A DNA stretch of 64,000 bases from an uncultured Alphaproteobacteria bacterium (GTDB lineage Bacteria > Pseudomonadota > Alphaproteobacteria > MPNO01 > UBA2964). A program made the position numbers and the translations under genes. The stretch lies in assembly GCA_951812775.1 (NCBI GenBank), contig OX638326.1, positions 320,335-384,334 on the forward strand, written 5' to 3'. Below are positions 38,648 through 53,288 of the stretch, one piece after another; position 1 is the first letter of the stretch, and each line of letters opens with the position of its first letter. The notes under the pieces are model-generated. The model was not told the DNA's origin. It saw only the letters and a list, made by a program, of their open reading frames with translations, and ran no database searches.

Positions 38648-40045
38648 CTAGAAATGGATGACTCGACCATACGAGTCGAGAGCTGCCTCATGCATCGCCT
38701 CAGAGAGTGTTGGATGAGGGAACACTGTATGCATGAGTTCCGCCTCGGTCGCCTCTGACGTACGCGCTACGGTATAGCCTTGAATCATTTCGGTGACTTC
38801 CGGGCCTATCATGTGGGCCCCCAGCAGTTCACCTGTCTTAGCGTCAAATACCGTTTTGACCTGCCCTTCCGGATCACCAAGTGCGATTGCCTTACCATTT
38901 GCCATAAACGGAAACCGACCAACCTTAACATCATACCCCTGCTCTATCGCTGAAGCTTCGGTAAGTCCGACGCTCGCGATCTGGGGCCTGCAATATGTGC
39001 ACCCTGGTATATTAGAGGTATCGAGCGGGTGTGTTTCAAGACCAGTGATATGCTCTACACAAATAACACCTTCATGGCTTGCCTTATGCGCGAGCCATGG
39101 CGGTCCGACGAGATCGCCAATGGCAAAAACCCCTTTCTCACCCGTTTCCAGCCACTCATTCACGACGACATGGGCCTTATCAACGACAATGCTAGTATTT
39201 TCGATGCCGATATCTTCAACATTTCCGACAATACCTACCGCAAGAATAGCTCGATCAAACTTCACGGTTTGTGCCTTGCCATCAATTTCCAGATCCGCAG
39301 CGACATCATCGGATACTGCCTTCAATCCATTGACCTTGGCCCCGGTATGGATCGTCATGCCCTGTGCTTCAAAGGATTTTCGCGCAAGATCAGAAATTTC
39401 AGCATCCTCTACCGGCAAAATTCGATCCATCACTTCAACAATGGTCACATCAGCGCCAAGATCACTATAAAAGCTGGCAAATTCCATTCCGATGGCGCCC
39501 GATCCTACAACCAATAGGGATTTTGGCATTTCCTCAGGTACCATCGCCTCACGATAGGTCCATATGCGTTTTCCGTCAGGTTCCAGTCCAGGAAGCGTTC
39601 TCGCCCGCGCACCAGTCGCCACAATAATATGCTTCGCCTTGACGTCCTGTTTCTTGCCGTTCGGTGTCGTTATAGCAACAGTCCCTTGTCCAGCGAGACC
39701 ACCGCTTCCATCAAAGACCGTCACTTTGTTTTTCTTCAGAAGGTGCGCCACGCCTTGATTGAGCTGTTTCGCGACGTTTCGCGAGCGCTTAACGATTTTT
39801 CCAATATCAAAAGAGATATCTTTTGCCGACATCCCGAATTCATCGAGATGCTGAAGGATATGGTGAACTTCAGATGTTCTCAGTAGAGCTTTGGTCGGGA
39901 TACACCCCCAGTTCAAACAAATCCCGCCTAAATGTTCTCGTTCCACTAACGCGGTCTTCATGCCTAGTTGGGTTGCACGAATTGCAGCAACATACCCTCC
40001 GGGTCCGCCACCAATTACAACGACGTCAAATTCCGTTTCGGACAT
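38648..40045 (-). CDS. lpdA: dihydrolipoyl dehydrogenase (E3)
   Basis: FAD motif VVVIGGGPGGYVAA. Redox disulfide CLNWGCIPTK. Confidence 0.9.
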   Translation of the reverse strand: MSETEFDVVVIGGGPGGYVAAIRATQLGMKTALVEREHLGGICLNWGCIPTKALLRTSEVHHILQHLDEFGMSAKDISFDIGKIVKRSRNVAKQLNQGVAHLLKKNKVTVFDGSGGLAGQGTVAITTPNGKKQDVKAKHIIVATGARARTLPGLEPDGKRIWTYREAMVPEEMPKSLLVVGSGAIGMEFASFYSDLGADVTIVEVMDRILPVEDAEISDLARKSFEAQGMTIHTGAKVNGLKAVSDDVAADLEIDGKAQTVKFDRAILAVGIVGNVEDIGIENTSIVVDKAHVVVNEWLETGEKGVFAIGDLVGPPWLAHKASHEGVICVEHITGLETHPLDTSNIPGCTYCRPQIASVGLTEASAIEQGYDVKVGRFPFMANGKAIALGDPEGQVKTVFDAKTGELLGAHMIGPEVTEMIQGYTVARTSEATEAELMHTVFPHPTLSEAMHEAALDSYGRVIHF

Positions 40046-40093
40046 TAAAATTCCATTTCGCCAAAATACTGCGCCTACAGTGGCGGCATATGG

Positions 40094-41476
40094 TTAAAGC
40101 AACATTGCCGGCGGATATTCAATCAAGCGTTTGATTGCACTTAAAAGTTTGGCGCCAGTAGCACCGTCAACCACTCTATGGTCACATGAGAGCGTACATG
40201 TCATGACCGTTGCAGGAACGATCTCGCCATTTTTTACCACTGGGCGGGGCTCACCTGCACCTACGGCAAGAATACACCCCTGCGGTTCATTGATTACCGC
40301 ATCGAATTGTTTAATTCCAAACATTCCAAGGTTTGAAATCGTGAAAGAGCCGCCCTGATACTCTTCCGGAGCCAATTTCCCGTCCCTCGCGCGTACAGCG
40401 AGATCTTTCATTTTTGCTGAAATTTCTGCCAACCCTTTGGATTCTGCATCAGGAATAATCGGCGTTATCAAACCTTCATCGAGCGCAACTGCGACAGATA
40501 TGTCTGCAGTTTTATAAAGCCGCATGGTTCCATCACCGACCCAACCAGCGTTGGCGTCAGGAACTTCCATCAACGCTAACGCGCATGCCCTAATGATAAA
40601 ATCATTTATGGACAGCTTCCCGTCTTCGAAACGTTCATTAAGAGAAAAGCGAACCTTGAACAATTCATCAATTTCACAATCAACGCTCAGATAGAAATGC
40701 GGAACGTTCGATTTGGAATGCACCATGCGTTCAGCGATAACTTTACGCATCGCACTCATTTGTACGACGTCGTATCGATCACTATCGGAGGCCTCTATGA
40801 TAGGAGCTGCTGCGTCCATAGCTGTCGCAGGTGCCGACTTTGCTCTTTCAACATCGGCTTTCACAATACGTCCCCCGGGCCCGGTCCCGGTAACCTTTGA
40901 AAGATCAAGGCCCGCTTCAGTGGCCAAACGGCGAGCCAACGGACTGGCAAACAAACGCCCCGTGTCTGCGGAAGATGGAGAAGCAGTCACCGGCGCAATT
41001 TTTTCGCTGCTACCGGTGAGAGCCTCAATGTCCGCACGCGTAATTTTCCCCCGTGCCCCAGTCCCGGCAACTGTCGCCAAATCAATACCGGCCTGTTCCG
41101 CTAAACGCCGCGCCAGCGGTGTTGCTTTAGGAGTATCGTTTGGCGCTGCCGCTGTTTTAGGCTGCTCATCAGCAGAAAGCGTTTCGGGAGTCGTTGCTGG
41201 AGCAGCATTTGTGTCAATATCCCCAGCGTCTTCACCGTCTTCCAACAGGTAGCCAATAATATCATTAACCGCGACATTTTCGCTGCCATCGGGGACGACG
41301 ATCTTACCCAGCGTTCCAGAATCTACGGCTTCAACCTCCATTGTTGCCTTGTCGGTTTCGATTTCCGCCAATACGTCACCCGGCTCAATAGAATCCCCTT
41401 CGGCTTTATGCCATTTGGCAAGGTTACCTTCGGTCATTGTCGGCGACAGCGCCGGCATGAGGATATTAATGGGCAT
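40094..41476 (-). CDS. pdhC: pyruvate dehydrogenase complex dihydrolipoamide acetyltransferase (E2)
   Basis: N-terminal lipoyl domain (ETDKATME), E3-binding domain, catalytic DHRVVDG motif. Confidence 0.9.
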   Translation of the reverse strand: MPINILMPALSPTMTEGNLAKWHKAEGDSIEPGDVLAEIETDKATMEVEAVDSGTLGKIVVPDGSENVAVNDIIGYLLEDGEDAGDIDTNAAPATTPETLSADEQPKTAAAPNDTPKATPLARRLAEQAGIDLATVAGTGARGKITRADIEALTGSSEKIAPVTASPSSADTGRLFASPLARRLATEAGLDLSKVTGTGPGGRIVKADVERAKSAPATAMDAAAPIIEASDSDRYDVVQMSAMRKVIAERMVHSKSNVPHFYLSVDCEIDELFKVRFSLNERFEDGKLSINDFIIRACALALMEVPDANAGWVGDGTMRLYKTADISVAVALDEGLITPIIPDAESKGLAEISAKMKDLAVRARDGKLAPEEYQGGSFTISNLGMFGIKQFDAVINEPQGCILAVGAGEPRPVVKNGEIVPATVMTCTLSCDHRVVDGATGAKLLSAIKRLIEYPPAMLL

Positions 41477-41497
41477 TCGCTAATCCAACCGTATCAA

Positions 41498-42880
41498 TCA
41501 CGGTAGCTGATGGACTTTGGCCGCAGAAACAATATTCTCGGCCTGAGGTAAAGCCAGCGCTTCTAAATTTGCCGCATAGGGCAGCGGGACATCTTCCGCC
41601 GTTACCCTGTGCACTGGTGCATCAAGCCAATCAAACGCTTTTTCCATAATCGTCGCTGAAATCTCCGCACCCACACCAGAGAACGGCCACCCCTCTTCAA
41701 CTGAAACTAACCGGTTGGTCTTTTGCACTGAATTTACGATGGTTTCGCTATCTAACGGGCGGATCGTTCGAAGATCAATGACCTCCGCTTCAATGCCCTC
41801 CGCAGCAAGTACATCAGCGGCCTCTAAAGCTTTGCCGACCATGATAGAGAAAGCCGTAATCGTAACATCACTACCCTCTCGAACCACTTTCGCTTTACCG
41901 ATTGGAACAACCCAGTCAGGGTCAGTCGGCACATCAAACGTGCCGCCATATAGTAATTCATTCTCTAAAAAAATTATAGGATTGGGGTCTCTTATTGCAG
42001 ACTTCAATAGCCCTTTCGAGTCCGCTGCACTCCATGGAGAAACAACTTTTAAACCCGGAATATGCGCATACCAACTTGCAAAACACTGAGAATGTTGGGC
42101 CCCAACACGAGCTGCAGCACCGTTTGGTCCACGGAAAACAATTGGGCAGCCCATCTGGCCACCAGACATGTAATTGGTTTTGGCTGCTGAATTAATAAGC
42201 TGATCCATGGCCTGCATCGCGAAATTGAAGGTCATAAATTCGACGATTGGTCGCAGGCCTAAAAAGGCTGCGCCGATACCAACACCAGTAAACCCATGCT
42301 CGGTAATGGGGGTATCAATTACCCGCTTATCCCCAAACTCATCAAGAAGCCCCTGACTTACCTTGTACGCGCCCTGATATTCTGCGACTTCCTCTCCCAT
42401 CAGGAAAACCCGATCATCTGCGCGCATTTCCTCAGCCATCGCATTGCGCAGAGCCTCCCGAACGGTCATATGCTCCGTCGCACCGGTATAATCGAGTTCA
42501 ACGACTGGTTTTGCCTGAGGAAGTTCAGGTTGAATGGCTTTTGATTCCGCGACGGACCCCGGCGCATCGGACGGTGTCGGCGTTGTTTTCGTCGTCGCCG
42601 CACTAACCTCGATCACTGTGGCATCTTCTCCATCGGCAATTATGACACCAATGATGTCATTTACCTTCACACTCTCGGTACCGTCCGGAATCAGTATCTT
42701 ACCCAAGGTTCCTTCATCGACAGCTTCAACTTCCATTGTTGCCTTGTCTGTTTCGATCTCTGCCAGGATATCGCCCGGTTCAACAGAATCCCCTTCCTGC
42801 TTGTGCCACTTGGCAAGGTTACCTTCCGTCATCGTGGGCGAAAGTGCGGGCATCAAAATATTCGTTGGCATTTTCCGCAA
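41498..42880 (-). CDS. pdhB: pyruvate dehydrogenase E1 beta subunit with N-terminal lipoyl domain (likely start at MPTNIL, 42871)
   Basis: Lipoyl domain nearly identical to that of pdhC. Transketolase-like E1 beta body. Confidence 0.9.
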   Translation of the reverse strand: MRKMPTNILMPALSPTMTEGNLAKWHKQEGDSVEPGDILAEIETDKATMEVEAVDEGTLGKILIPDGTESVKVNDIIGVIIADGEDATVIEVSAATTKTTPTPSDAPGSVAESKAIQPELPQAKPVVELDYTGATEHMTVREALRNAMAEEMRADDRVFLMGEEVAEYQGAYKVSQGLLDEFGDKRVIDTPITEHGFTGVGIGAAFLGLRPIVEFMTFNFAMQAMDQLINSAAKTNYMSGGQMGCPIVFRGPNGAAARVGAQHSQCFASWYAHIPGLKVVSPWSAADSKGLLKSAIRDPNPIIFLENELLYGGTFDVPTDPDWVVPIGKAKVVREGSDVTITAFSIMVGKALEAADVLAAEGIEAEVIDLRTIRPLDSETIVNSVQKTNRLVSVEEGWPFSGVGAEISATIMEKAFDWLDAPVHRVTAEDVPLPYAANLEALALPQAENIVSAAKVHQLP

Positions 42881-42888
42881 CCTTCCTT

Positions 42889-43953
42889 CTATGCGTCGAC
42901 CAAGACATCGGTATAGAGTTCCGATGGGTCTGGTTCCGGACTTGTTTGGGCGAATTCAACTGCCTCAGAAACAATTTCCCGAATTTCTTTATCAATTTTT
43001 TTCAGGTCGTCTTCGGTAATCAGCTTCTGCTTAATCAAACGGCTCTGGAGATTGGTTATCGGGTCCTGTTCTTCCCTGACCTGTGCAACTTCCTCTTTGC
43101 TTCGATAGTTGGCAGGATCTGACATCGAATGTCCCCGGTATCGATAAGTCATCATCTCCAGGATCACAGGACCATCTCCTGACCGACATTTCGACGCGGC
43201 CATTTCACCAGCCTCCTTGACCGCCTCAACATCCATACCATCTACCTGGACACCAAATATTCCGCGGCCAGCACCGAGTTGGGACAGGTCTTCTGCCGCT
43301 GACGATCGTTCTACGGATGTGCCCATGCCATATCTATTGTTTTCGATGACATAAATTACGGGAAGGTTCCAAAGAGCCGCCATGTTAAAAGACTCATGAA
43401 CCTGACCTTGGTTCGACGCCCCGTCGCCGAAATAGGCAAGCGTAATCGTTCCATCGTCTTTGTAACGCTGAGCGAAAGCTAATCCCGTTCCAATCGAAAC
43501 CTGGGCGCCGACAATTCCGTGACCACCAAAAAAATTCTTTTCCGTGCTGAACATATGCATAGACCCCCCCTTACCACGGGAATATCCACCACTCCGCCCG
43601 GTCAGTTCGGCCATAACTCCTTTGGGATCCATACCACAGGCAAGCATATGGCCATGATCGCGATAGCTCGTAATGAGCGCATCAGCTTCGGTAATCGACG
43701 CCTGCATCCCAACGACAACCGCTTCCTGCCCTATATACAGGTGACAAAAACCGCCAATTAATCCCATGCCATAGAGTTGCCCAGCCCGCTCTTCAAATCG
43801 GCGTATAAGGAGCATGTCTCGATACATCGACAGTAACTCATCAGGACTACTCTGAGATTTTCCCGCGCCGTTTCCGCTTACTTTTCGTGACTTGGCAGCA
43901 GGCTTTTTGGTTTTTGATGCTTTTGAAGCAGCTGGTTTGCGTTTAGTTGCCAT
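42889..43953 (-). CDS. pdhA: pyruvate dehydrogenase E1 alpha subunit
   Basis: TPP-binding GDGASNQG region. Lysine-rich N-terminus. Confidence 0.9.
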   Translation of the reverse strand: MATKRKPAASKASKTKKPAAKSRKVSGNGAGKSQSSPDELLSMYRDMLLIRRFEERAGQLYGMGLIGGFCHLYIGQEAVVVGMQASITEADALITSYRDHGHMLACGMDPKGVMAELTGRSGGYSRGKGGSMHMFSTEKNFFGGHGIVGAQVSIGTGLAFAQRYKDDGTITLAYFGDGASNQGQVHESFNMAALWNLPVIYVIENNRYGMGTSVERSSAAEDLSQLGAGRGIFGVQVDGMDVEAVKEAGEMAASKCRSGDGPVILEMMTYRYRGHSMSDPANYRSKEEVAQVREEQDPITNLQSRLIKQKLITEDDLKKIDKEIREIVSEAVEFAQTSPEPDPSELYTDVLVDA

Positions 43954-44161
43954 ATATTACGCCTCGCAATGGGAATGCCGAAACGGCCTCATATATCCCG
44001 AAAATTAACCATAACGAGGTTATACAAAACCAGTGCACACGCAATATTAGCGTGAGTAAGTTTATGTTCTTTTGACAGAACGAATTGAAAGAAAAATTAA
44101 GATGACGAAGAGAATTCGATAGAATCTGAAATTCGCCGAAATTCAGCGCAAGACTGGTTGA

Positions 44162-44491
44162 TCAGCGGTCGGGTTTTTGGTCCGCTGAAATTACCAAAAT
44201 TTCATCCTTTTTTAGAAATCCTGTAACCAACCGAACACGTTCATCAAGCATGTCCCTATTCATCGCATCGCTACGCAGTAATGCGATCCGGCGCTCCCAA
44301 TTCAACCGCTTTTCCAATGAAATAGAGTGTTCCACGTCAGCAGTTGCGATCTGTTGACGAATTTGCAGCCATGCAAGCAATCCACGGTTCCCCTGGATGG
44401 CATGCATGACAAAGTACGCAAATAATAACGCTCCAAGAATAGAGCCTGCGATATGTCGCCCCCGGCGGCGGATTTCCAAAACTACTGACAT
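44162..44491 (-). CDS. ftsB: septum formation initiator FtsB-family protein
   Basis: Single TM plus coiled coil. Sits between eno and pdhA as in alphaproteobacteria. Confidence 0.7.
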   Translation of the reverse strand: MSVVLEIRRRGRHIAGSILGALLFAYFVMHAIQGNRGLLAWLQIRQQIATADVEHSISLEKRLNWERRIALLRSDAMNRDMLDERVRLVTGFLKKDEILVISADQKPDR

Positions 44492-44614
44492 GACCGAATC
44501 GAATCACAAACCGATTCGTCAGGTCAAGGAAATATTCAAAAAGAGTCTGAAAAAACCTTAGGTTATGACAAAATGTTGCAAAAAAGAATCAGTTTGACTC
44601 TTGGGAATCATGTA

Positions 44615-45910
<1,296 letters not shown>

Positions 45911-45915
45911 TCAAA

Positions 45916-46761
45916 TTAGTGGTTAGATTTTGCAACCTGATCAAAGGCCATTAAATTCCTGAGCAAAGTTTCCATCTGATCTAATGGCACCATATTGGGA
46001 CCATCGCTAGGCGCACTGTCAGGCTCTTGATGGGTCTCTATAAAAACAGCAGCAACACCGATGGCAACCGCGGCACGCGCCAAAACCGGTACAAACTCGC
46101 GCTGTCCACCACTTGCAGTACCTTTACCACCGGGTTGTTGAACAGAATGAGTGGCATCAAATACAACCGGACAACCGGTTTCAGCCATGGTGGGCAATGA
46201 TCTCATATCTGACACCAGCGTGTTATATCCGAAGCTCGTGCCACGTTCGCAGACCATGACATTGTCATTTCCGCTTTCGATCGCTTTCGCGACAACGTTG
46301 TCCATATCCCACGGAGCCAGGAACTGTCCTTTCTTGATATTGAGTGCTTTTCCGGTTTTTGCCGCCGCGACAATTAAATCTGTCTGACGACACAAAAAGG
46401 CCGGTATCTGAAGCACGTCCACCGCTTCTGCAACTGGCTTACAATCCTCGGGAAGATGAACATCGGTAACGACAGGACACCCATATGTCTCGCGGACCTC
46501 GGCGAGGATAGGAAGCCCGTCTTCCATGCCAATGCCGCGATTACTTTTTAACGACGTCCGATTGGCCTTATCGAAAGAGGTTTTATAAACCAAACCAATG
46601 CCAAGCTTCTCAGTCAACTCAACCAATGCATGGGACATTTCGAGTGCGTGGTTTCTGCCCTCGAGCGCGCAGGGTCCAGCAATCAATGCCAAAGGCAAAT
46701 CGTTGCCAACGGTTAAATTTCCAATCGATAGGTGGCGAGGAGGAGCCATAGCCGAATTCAC
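45916..46761 (-). CDS. kdsA: 3-deoxy-8-phosphooctulonate synthase
   Basis: DAHP/KDO8P synthase fold, 281 aa. Confidence 0.85.
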   Translation of the reverse strand: MNSAMAPPRHLSIGNLTVGNDLPLALIAGPCALEGRNHALEMSHALVELTEKLGIGLVYKTSFDKANRTSLKSNRGIGMEDGLPILAEVRETYGCPVVTDVHLPEDCKPVAEAVDVLQIPAFLCRQTDLIVAAAKTGKALNIKKGQFLAPWDMDNVVAKAIESGNDNVMVCERGTSFGYNTLVSDMRSLPTMAETGCPVVFDATHSVQQPGGKGTASGGQREFVPVLARAAVAIGVAAVFIETHQEPDSAPSDGPNMVPLDQMETLLRNLMAFDQVAKSNH

Positions 46762-46794
46762 CAGAGTAAGACGAGAAGCTTTACCGCTTTTCTA

Positions 46795-48447
<1,653 letters not shown>

Positions 48448-48512
48448 TCAATTAGCCCAATGGCAAAGAGACGGCAGAAATGCCGCCTCTTAGAGAGTGA
48501 TTCGGCTTTTGC

Positions 48513-48830
48513 CTATTTTGCGAGAGGAACTGTCGGTCCTGTTGGTTTCGCAGGAACAGTCTTTTCAACGGGCTGATCGACAATCGATCGAGCAGGACCG
48601 CTACCGGTATTACCGGCCAAAATAGCAAGCATTAGACTCGTCGCGATAAAACAGGCAGCAATAATGCCTGTGGCCTTAGTCAACAGATTGCCTGAACCAC
48701 GAGCGGAAACCAGACCACCCATTGTTCCACCCCCTATTCCAAGGGCGCCGCCTTCGCTCTTTTGCAGCAACACAACAATCACTAAAGCGATTGCCAAAAA
48801 TAAATGTATTAACAGTAGTACCGTTTCCAA
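48513..48830 (-). CDS. secG: preprotein translocase subunit SecG
   Basis: Two TM helices, glycine-rich linker, about 105 aa. Between pyrG and tpiA. Confidence 0.8.
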   Translation of the reverse strand: METVLLLIHLFLAIALVIVVLLQKSEGGALGIGGGTMGGLVSARGSGNLLTKATGIIAACFIATSLMLAILAGNTGSGPARSIVDQPVEKTVPAKPTGPTVPLAK

Positions 48831-48957
48831 AGGACTGCCCTTCCCTGGACCGAAATTGACTTACCCTAAACAATATAGGTAATGCGAGCGCTTCTTTTAA
48901 TCCTGCAAGGGGTACTTTGACCAGCGGAATTTATGACTGTTAAAGTCACAATTGATT

Positions 48958-49707
48958 TTACACGCTTGTACAGATTGCCCAAAAATCCTCAACTTTGAGG
49001 CTTGCGCCGCCAACCAACCCTCCGTTTACGTTTTCTACAGCTAATATCTCTCGGGCATTTCCTGGATTCATTGATCCGCCATATAGAAGTCGGAATTCTT
49101 CACCATCTGTAAAACTAGCTGTTAAGAGCCCACAAATATGGTCATGTACCTCAGCAATTTGCTCGATTGTCGGCGTCAAACCAGTGCCGATTGCCCAAAC
49201 TGGTTCATAGGCAACGACAGTATTCTTCGCGGTTGCATTGTCTGGAACCGCGTTGGTGACCTGATTTTCTACAATTGAGAGTGTTTTCTCTGCATTTCGC
49301 TGCTCAAGGGTTTCTCCGACACAAACCACTACCGTAAGCCCATTTGAAATTGCGGCTTTTGCCTTTGACGCAATTAGCTCGTCATTTTCATGATGGTTAG
49401 CGCGACGTTCCGAATGACCAACAATGACAAATTCACATCCCGCATCGGCAAGCATCGTAGCACTCACATCACCGGTATGCGCCCCAGCGGTTTCCGAATG
49501 GCAATCCTGACCGCCAAGGGCAATTGGGGAGTTTTCGATTAAATCTCCAACCGGACGTATCGATACAAAGGGAGGGCAAACAAGCATGTCGCACCCCGGG
49601 TCCTGTTCTGCTCTTTGCTCCATCAGCCCTGCAACCAATGTTGCCGCCTCCGAACGCAAGTTGTTCATTTTCCAATTACCGGCAATTAAGGGTCTCATCG
49701 CAATCAC
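48958..49707 (-). CDS. tpiA: triosephosphate isomerase
   Basis: AGNWKMN N-terminus. Active-site VGHSERR and AYEPVWAIGTG. Confidence 0.95.
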   Translation of the reverse strand: MIAMRPLIAGNWKMNNLRSEAATLVAGLMEQRAEQDPGCDMLVCPPFVSIRPVGDLIENSPIALGGQDCHSETAGAHTGDVSATMLADAGCEFVIVGHSERRANHHENDELIASKAKAAISNGLTVVVCVGETLEQRNAEKTLSIVENQVTNAVPDNATAKNTVVAYEPVWAIGTGLTPTIEQIAEVHDHICGLLTASFTDGEEFRLLYGGSMNPGNAREILAVENVNGGLVGGASLKVEDFWAICTSV

Positions 49708-49881
49708 GCCTTCCTAAATTTCGGAATTATAACTTTGCTATTTATCATATGCAGCAGGAGGCACCAAGCAGCGGGAATAAAAGGACTTATTGTTTATTGC
49801 AGCACCAGTCCCCACTTCCTATTATGCGCGCCACATTGAGTGGGTGTAGGGCTCACAAAAGTACATCAGCAAGGCGTCAAT

Positions 49882-51774
49882 ATGATTGAGCAAATGCGTA
49901 GCAAGGCAGTCTCATGGATTGCCAAAATTCTAGCGGGGCTATTGATCCTATCGTTTGCCGTTTGGGGCATTGGCGACGTTGTACGTGGGCCGGTCATCGG
50001 AGACGTTGTCGCCAAAGTTGGCGGCACTGAAATCAGCCGCAACGAACTCAGTAATCAAGTAAGGCGGTTATTGTCCGTCATGCGCCGGCAATTAGGCGGA
50101 AATTTTGATGCCCAGCAAGCGACACAGCTTGGCCTGATAGATCAGACTGTCGATCAGCTGGTGAACTCCCGATTGCTGACGCTTGAATCACAAAATCTCG
50201 GCCTGGGTGCTGGAGAAGACCTGATTAGGCAAACAATTTTAAATGACAATCGCTTCCACACCGCTGGCGGACAATTTGACCGCGTCGCATTCCAGCGCTT
50301 TCTTCAAACCGAAGATTTGTCCGAACCAAGATATGTTGAGTTATTGCGGCAAGAAATCACCCAAAGCCAGGTCACTGGTGCGCTCAGAACCTCAGCTCAT
50401 GTGCCAAAAGCTTTGTTAAATACCGTCTATAAGTATCGCAACGAACAACGCGTCGCTGACATTGTAAAAATTCCGTATGGAAAAGCAGCTGAAATACGCG
50501 CCCCAAAAGAAGCAGAGCTTGTCGAGTTTCATAAGAAAAACCCTGCACGTTTCACGGCGCCCGAATATCGACAAGTCACTGCAATTTTTCTCGACCCGGT
50601 CGAAGTTGCAAAAGAACTGACGCCTTCAGCAGATCAAATTAAACAAGAATATGAATATCGCAAAGAAACCCAAACAGTTCCGGAACGACGGGCGCTAGAA
50701 CAGGTTCTTTTCCAGGACGAAGCAAAAGCTCAATCATTCGCTAACCTCACCAAGACCGGTCGAGCATTCGACGTTGCTGCAAAGGAAATCTCGAATGCTA
50801 CTCCCAACGACCTTGGCAATCTGAGAAAACAGGATTTGCCACCTGAAGTCGGAGAAGCCGTATTTAAGCTTTCTGTCAACGGAGTAACAGCTCCGATAAA
50901 GACGGCATTAGGGTGGCATGTCGTCCATGTGAAAAAAATAGAACCAGGCAGAACTCCCACATTTGATTCATTGAAAACTGAAATCAAAAACGATCTCGCA
51001 CGGGAAATGGCTGTCGACAATATTGTGAAGTTGACGGGCAAGTTAGACGATGCACTCGCTGGCGGCGCAAGCTTGGAAGATGCTGCTGCTACCGTGTCTG
51101 CGAAGGTTCTGAAATTTGCAGCGGTGGATTCAACAGGTAATAGCCCAGATGGAAAACCCGCCGCTGGCCTACCAAAATCTCCGCTATTCGTCGAAAAAAT
51201 AGCCACGACGCCCAAAGGCGAGACGACAAACGTGGAAGAAACTCAGAATGGTGGTTTCTTTGTTTTGAAGGTCGAGTCCATAACGCCACCAAAACTTAAG
51301 CCACTTAGCGCTGTTCGCAATGAAATAGTCGATATTTGGAAACAAAGCCAAGTACGCGGTGAAACAAAGAAGAAAGCAGAAACACTTCAAAAAGCGACAC
51401 AAAACAGTGTTGGCCTAAATGCTGCCGGCAAAACCGGTGGTTATTTGGTAAAGACCAGCAAGCCAGCGTCCAGGTTTATCAAACCACAAGGGTCAATAGT
51501 GTCTGACTCACTTCTGAGCGCTCTTTTCAAAGCCAAAAAGGGCGAAGTCGTAATTGCGGCCTCAAATGAAGGGTACTCTGTAGCCCAAATAAAGCAGATC
51601 ATTGACGCGGAACCAGGCAAGAACAAGGCTGAAGCCGACTCTCTATCGACGCAACTGAGTAACGTCGTCTCGGCTGATGCAATTGCCCAATATTTGGCTG
51701 CTCTTAGAACAACCTACCCGGTTTCCATAGACCGAAACGCAGTAAACCTGGCGGTAACAGGCCGCGCTTACTGA
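49882..51774 (+). CDS. ppiD: periplasmic chaperone / peptidyl-prolyl isomerase PpiD-like (SurA family); ORF track starts it at 49840
   Basis: N-terminal membrane anchor. Parvulin-like domain region. Confidence 0.7.
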   Translation: MIEQMRSKAVSWIAKILAGLLILSFAVWGIGDVVRGPVIGDVVAKVGGTEISRNELSNQVRRLLSVMRRQLGGNFDAQQATQLGLIDQTVDQLVNSRLLTLESQNLGLGAGEDLIRQTILNDNRFHTAGGQFDRVAFQRFLQTEDLSEPRYVELLRQEITQSQVTGALRTSAHVPKALLNTVYKYRNEQRVADIVKIPYGKAAEIRAPKEAELVEFHKKNPARFTAPEYRQVTAIFLDPVEVAKELTPSADQIKQEYEYRKETQTVPERRALEQVLFQDEAKAQSFANLTKTGRAFDVAAKEISNATPNDLGNLRKQDLPPEVGEAVFKLSVNGVTAPIKTALGWHVVHVKKIEPGRTPTFDSLKTEIKNDLAREMAVDNIVKLTGKLDDALAGGASLEDAAATVSAKVLKFAAVDSTGNSPDGKPAAGLPKSPLFVEKIATTPKGETTNVEETQNGGFFVLKVESITPPKLKPLSAVRNEIVDIWKQSQVRGETKKKAETLQKATQNSVGLNAAGKTGGYLVKTSKPASRFIKPQGSIVSDSLLSALFKAKKGEVVIAASNEGYSVAQIKQIIDAEPGKNKAEADSLSTQLSNVVSADAIAQYLAALRTTYPVSIDRNAVNLAVTGRAY

Positions 51775-53288
51775 TGATCATCGAGCCTTCTTACGAGGCC
51801 TTTGAGGAAAAGTACCTTTCAGGTCAGGCCCAAGTTGCCTGGACAACTCTGGTCGCCGATTTAGAAACACCCATTTCAGCGATGCTCAAAATAGCTGAAG
51901 ATCTGCCGAACAGTTTTCTCCTGGAATCTGTCGAAGGTGGCGCCAACCGAGGTAGATATTCCATCATTGGCTTACGACCAGATGTTATTTGGCGGTGTGA
52001 CGGCAACAAGGCGGAGATCAATCACGCGGCGACGACCGATGACGGAACATTCGTCCCTAGCGACTTAGGTGCATTGGAGTCACTTCGGCAGCTCGTAGAT
52101 GCTTCCCGCATCGACCTCCCAGAACACTTGCCGCCGATGGCAGCAGGGCTCGTTGGCTATCTTGCTTATGACACTGTCGCGTTGATGGAAAACATTCCTT
52201 CAACCCGACCGGATGGGCTCGGTACACCGGACGGCTTATTTATTCGCCCGACAATCATGGCGATTTTCGATTTAGTCAAAGACACCGTCACAGTGGTCAC
52301 ACCAATCAGGTACGAAGCTTCGGTTTCCGCTCAGGACGCTTTTGATGCCACCCGTAGTCGGCTGCAAAATGTTGTAATAGATTTCGATAACAAACTCCCT
52401 CACCAACAGGCGGGATTAGGGGCAGCGTCGCTCGCAGTTCCGGTATCGAATACGTCCGTTGAACGTTTCAAAGAAATCGTGCGCAAAGCAAAAGAGTATG
52501 TTTATGCTGGCGACATATTTCAGGTAGTTCTCTCGCAACGTTTTAGCATTCCATTTAAGCTCCCACCCTTCTCGCTTTATCGTGCCTTGCGCCGGACGAA
52601 CCCATCGCCTTTCCTGTTTTTCCTAAACTTTGGAGATTTCTCAGTTGTCGGATCAAGTCCGGAAATTCTCGTCCGCTTACGCGATGGTAAAGTGACATTG
52701 CGGCCGCTCGCCGGTACTCGGCCGAGAGGCGCAACGGCTGCAGAAGACAATGCCCTTGCCCAAGAACTACTCGCGGACGAAAAAGAATGTGCTGAGCACC
52801 TTATGCTGCTCGACCTAGGCCGTAACGATGTCGGACGTGTCGCAAAGGTTGGGAGCGTCACCGTCACAGAAAAAATGGTTATAGAACGCTATTCACATGT
52901 CATGCATATCGTCTCAAATGTTGAAGGTGAGATCGACGCGAAGCATGACGCTATGGATGCGCTGGCAGGTGGTTTTCCTGCCGGCACAGTGTCAGGTGCC
53001 CCTAAAATTCGGGCGATGGAAATTATCGACGAACTCGAGACAGAAAAGCGCGGAATTTACGCTGGAACTGTAGGCTACTTTTCTGCAAACGGTTCCATGG
53101 ATACTTGCATCGTATTACGTACGGCCGTTGTCAAAGACGGTACAATGTATGTTCAATCAGGCGCCGGAATCGTCGCTGATAGCGATCCCGATAGCGAACA
53201 TCAGGAGTGCATCAACAAAGCACAGGCTCTGGTTCGCGCAGCGGAAGAAGCGGTTCGTTACGCCGGAGAGTCGGGCAACCAGCTCTGA
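51774..53288 (+). CDS. trpE: anthranilate synthase component I
   Basis: Chorismate-binding motifs (LLESVEGG, GAGIV). Confidence 0.9.
   Translation: MIIEPSYEAFEEKYLSGQAQVAWTTLVADLETPISAMLKIAEDLPNSFLLESVEGGANRGRYSIIGLRPDVIWRCDGNKAEINHAATTDDGTFVPSDLGALESLRQLVDASRIDLPEHLPPMAAGLVGYLAYDTVALMENIPSTRPDGLGTPDGLFIRPTIMAIFDLVKDTVTVVTPIRYEASVSAQDAFDATRSRLQNVVIDFDNKLPHQQAGLGAASLAVPVSNTSVERFKEIVRKAKEYVYAGDIFQVVLSQRFSIPFKLPPFSLYRALRRTNPSPFLFFLNFGDFSVVGSSPEILVRLRDGKVTLRPLAGTRPRGATAAEDNALAQELLADEKECAEHLMLLDLGRNDVGRVAKVGSVTVTEKMVIERYSHVMHIVSNVEGEIDAKHDAMDALAGGFPAGTVSGAPKIRAMEIIDELETEKRGIYAGTVGYFSANGSMDTCIVLRTAVVKDGTMYVQSGAGIVADSDPDSEHQECINKAQALVRAAEEAVRYAGESGNQL

Noticed and set aside
44492-44540. Hairpin CGAATCG-N10-CGATTCG downstream of eno as a terminator
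   Set aside because: Plausible, but there is no clear U-tract on the eno strand. Left uncalled.
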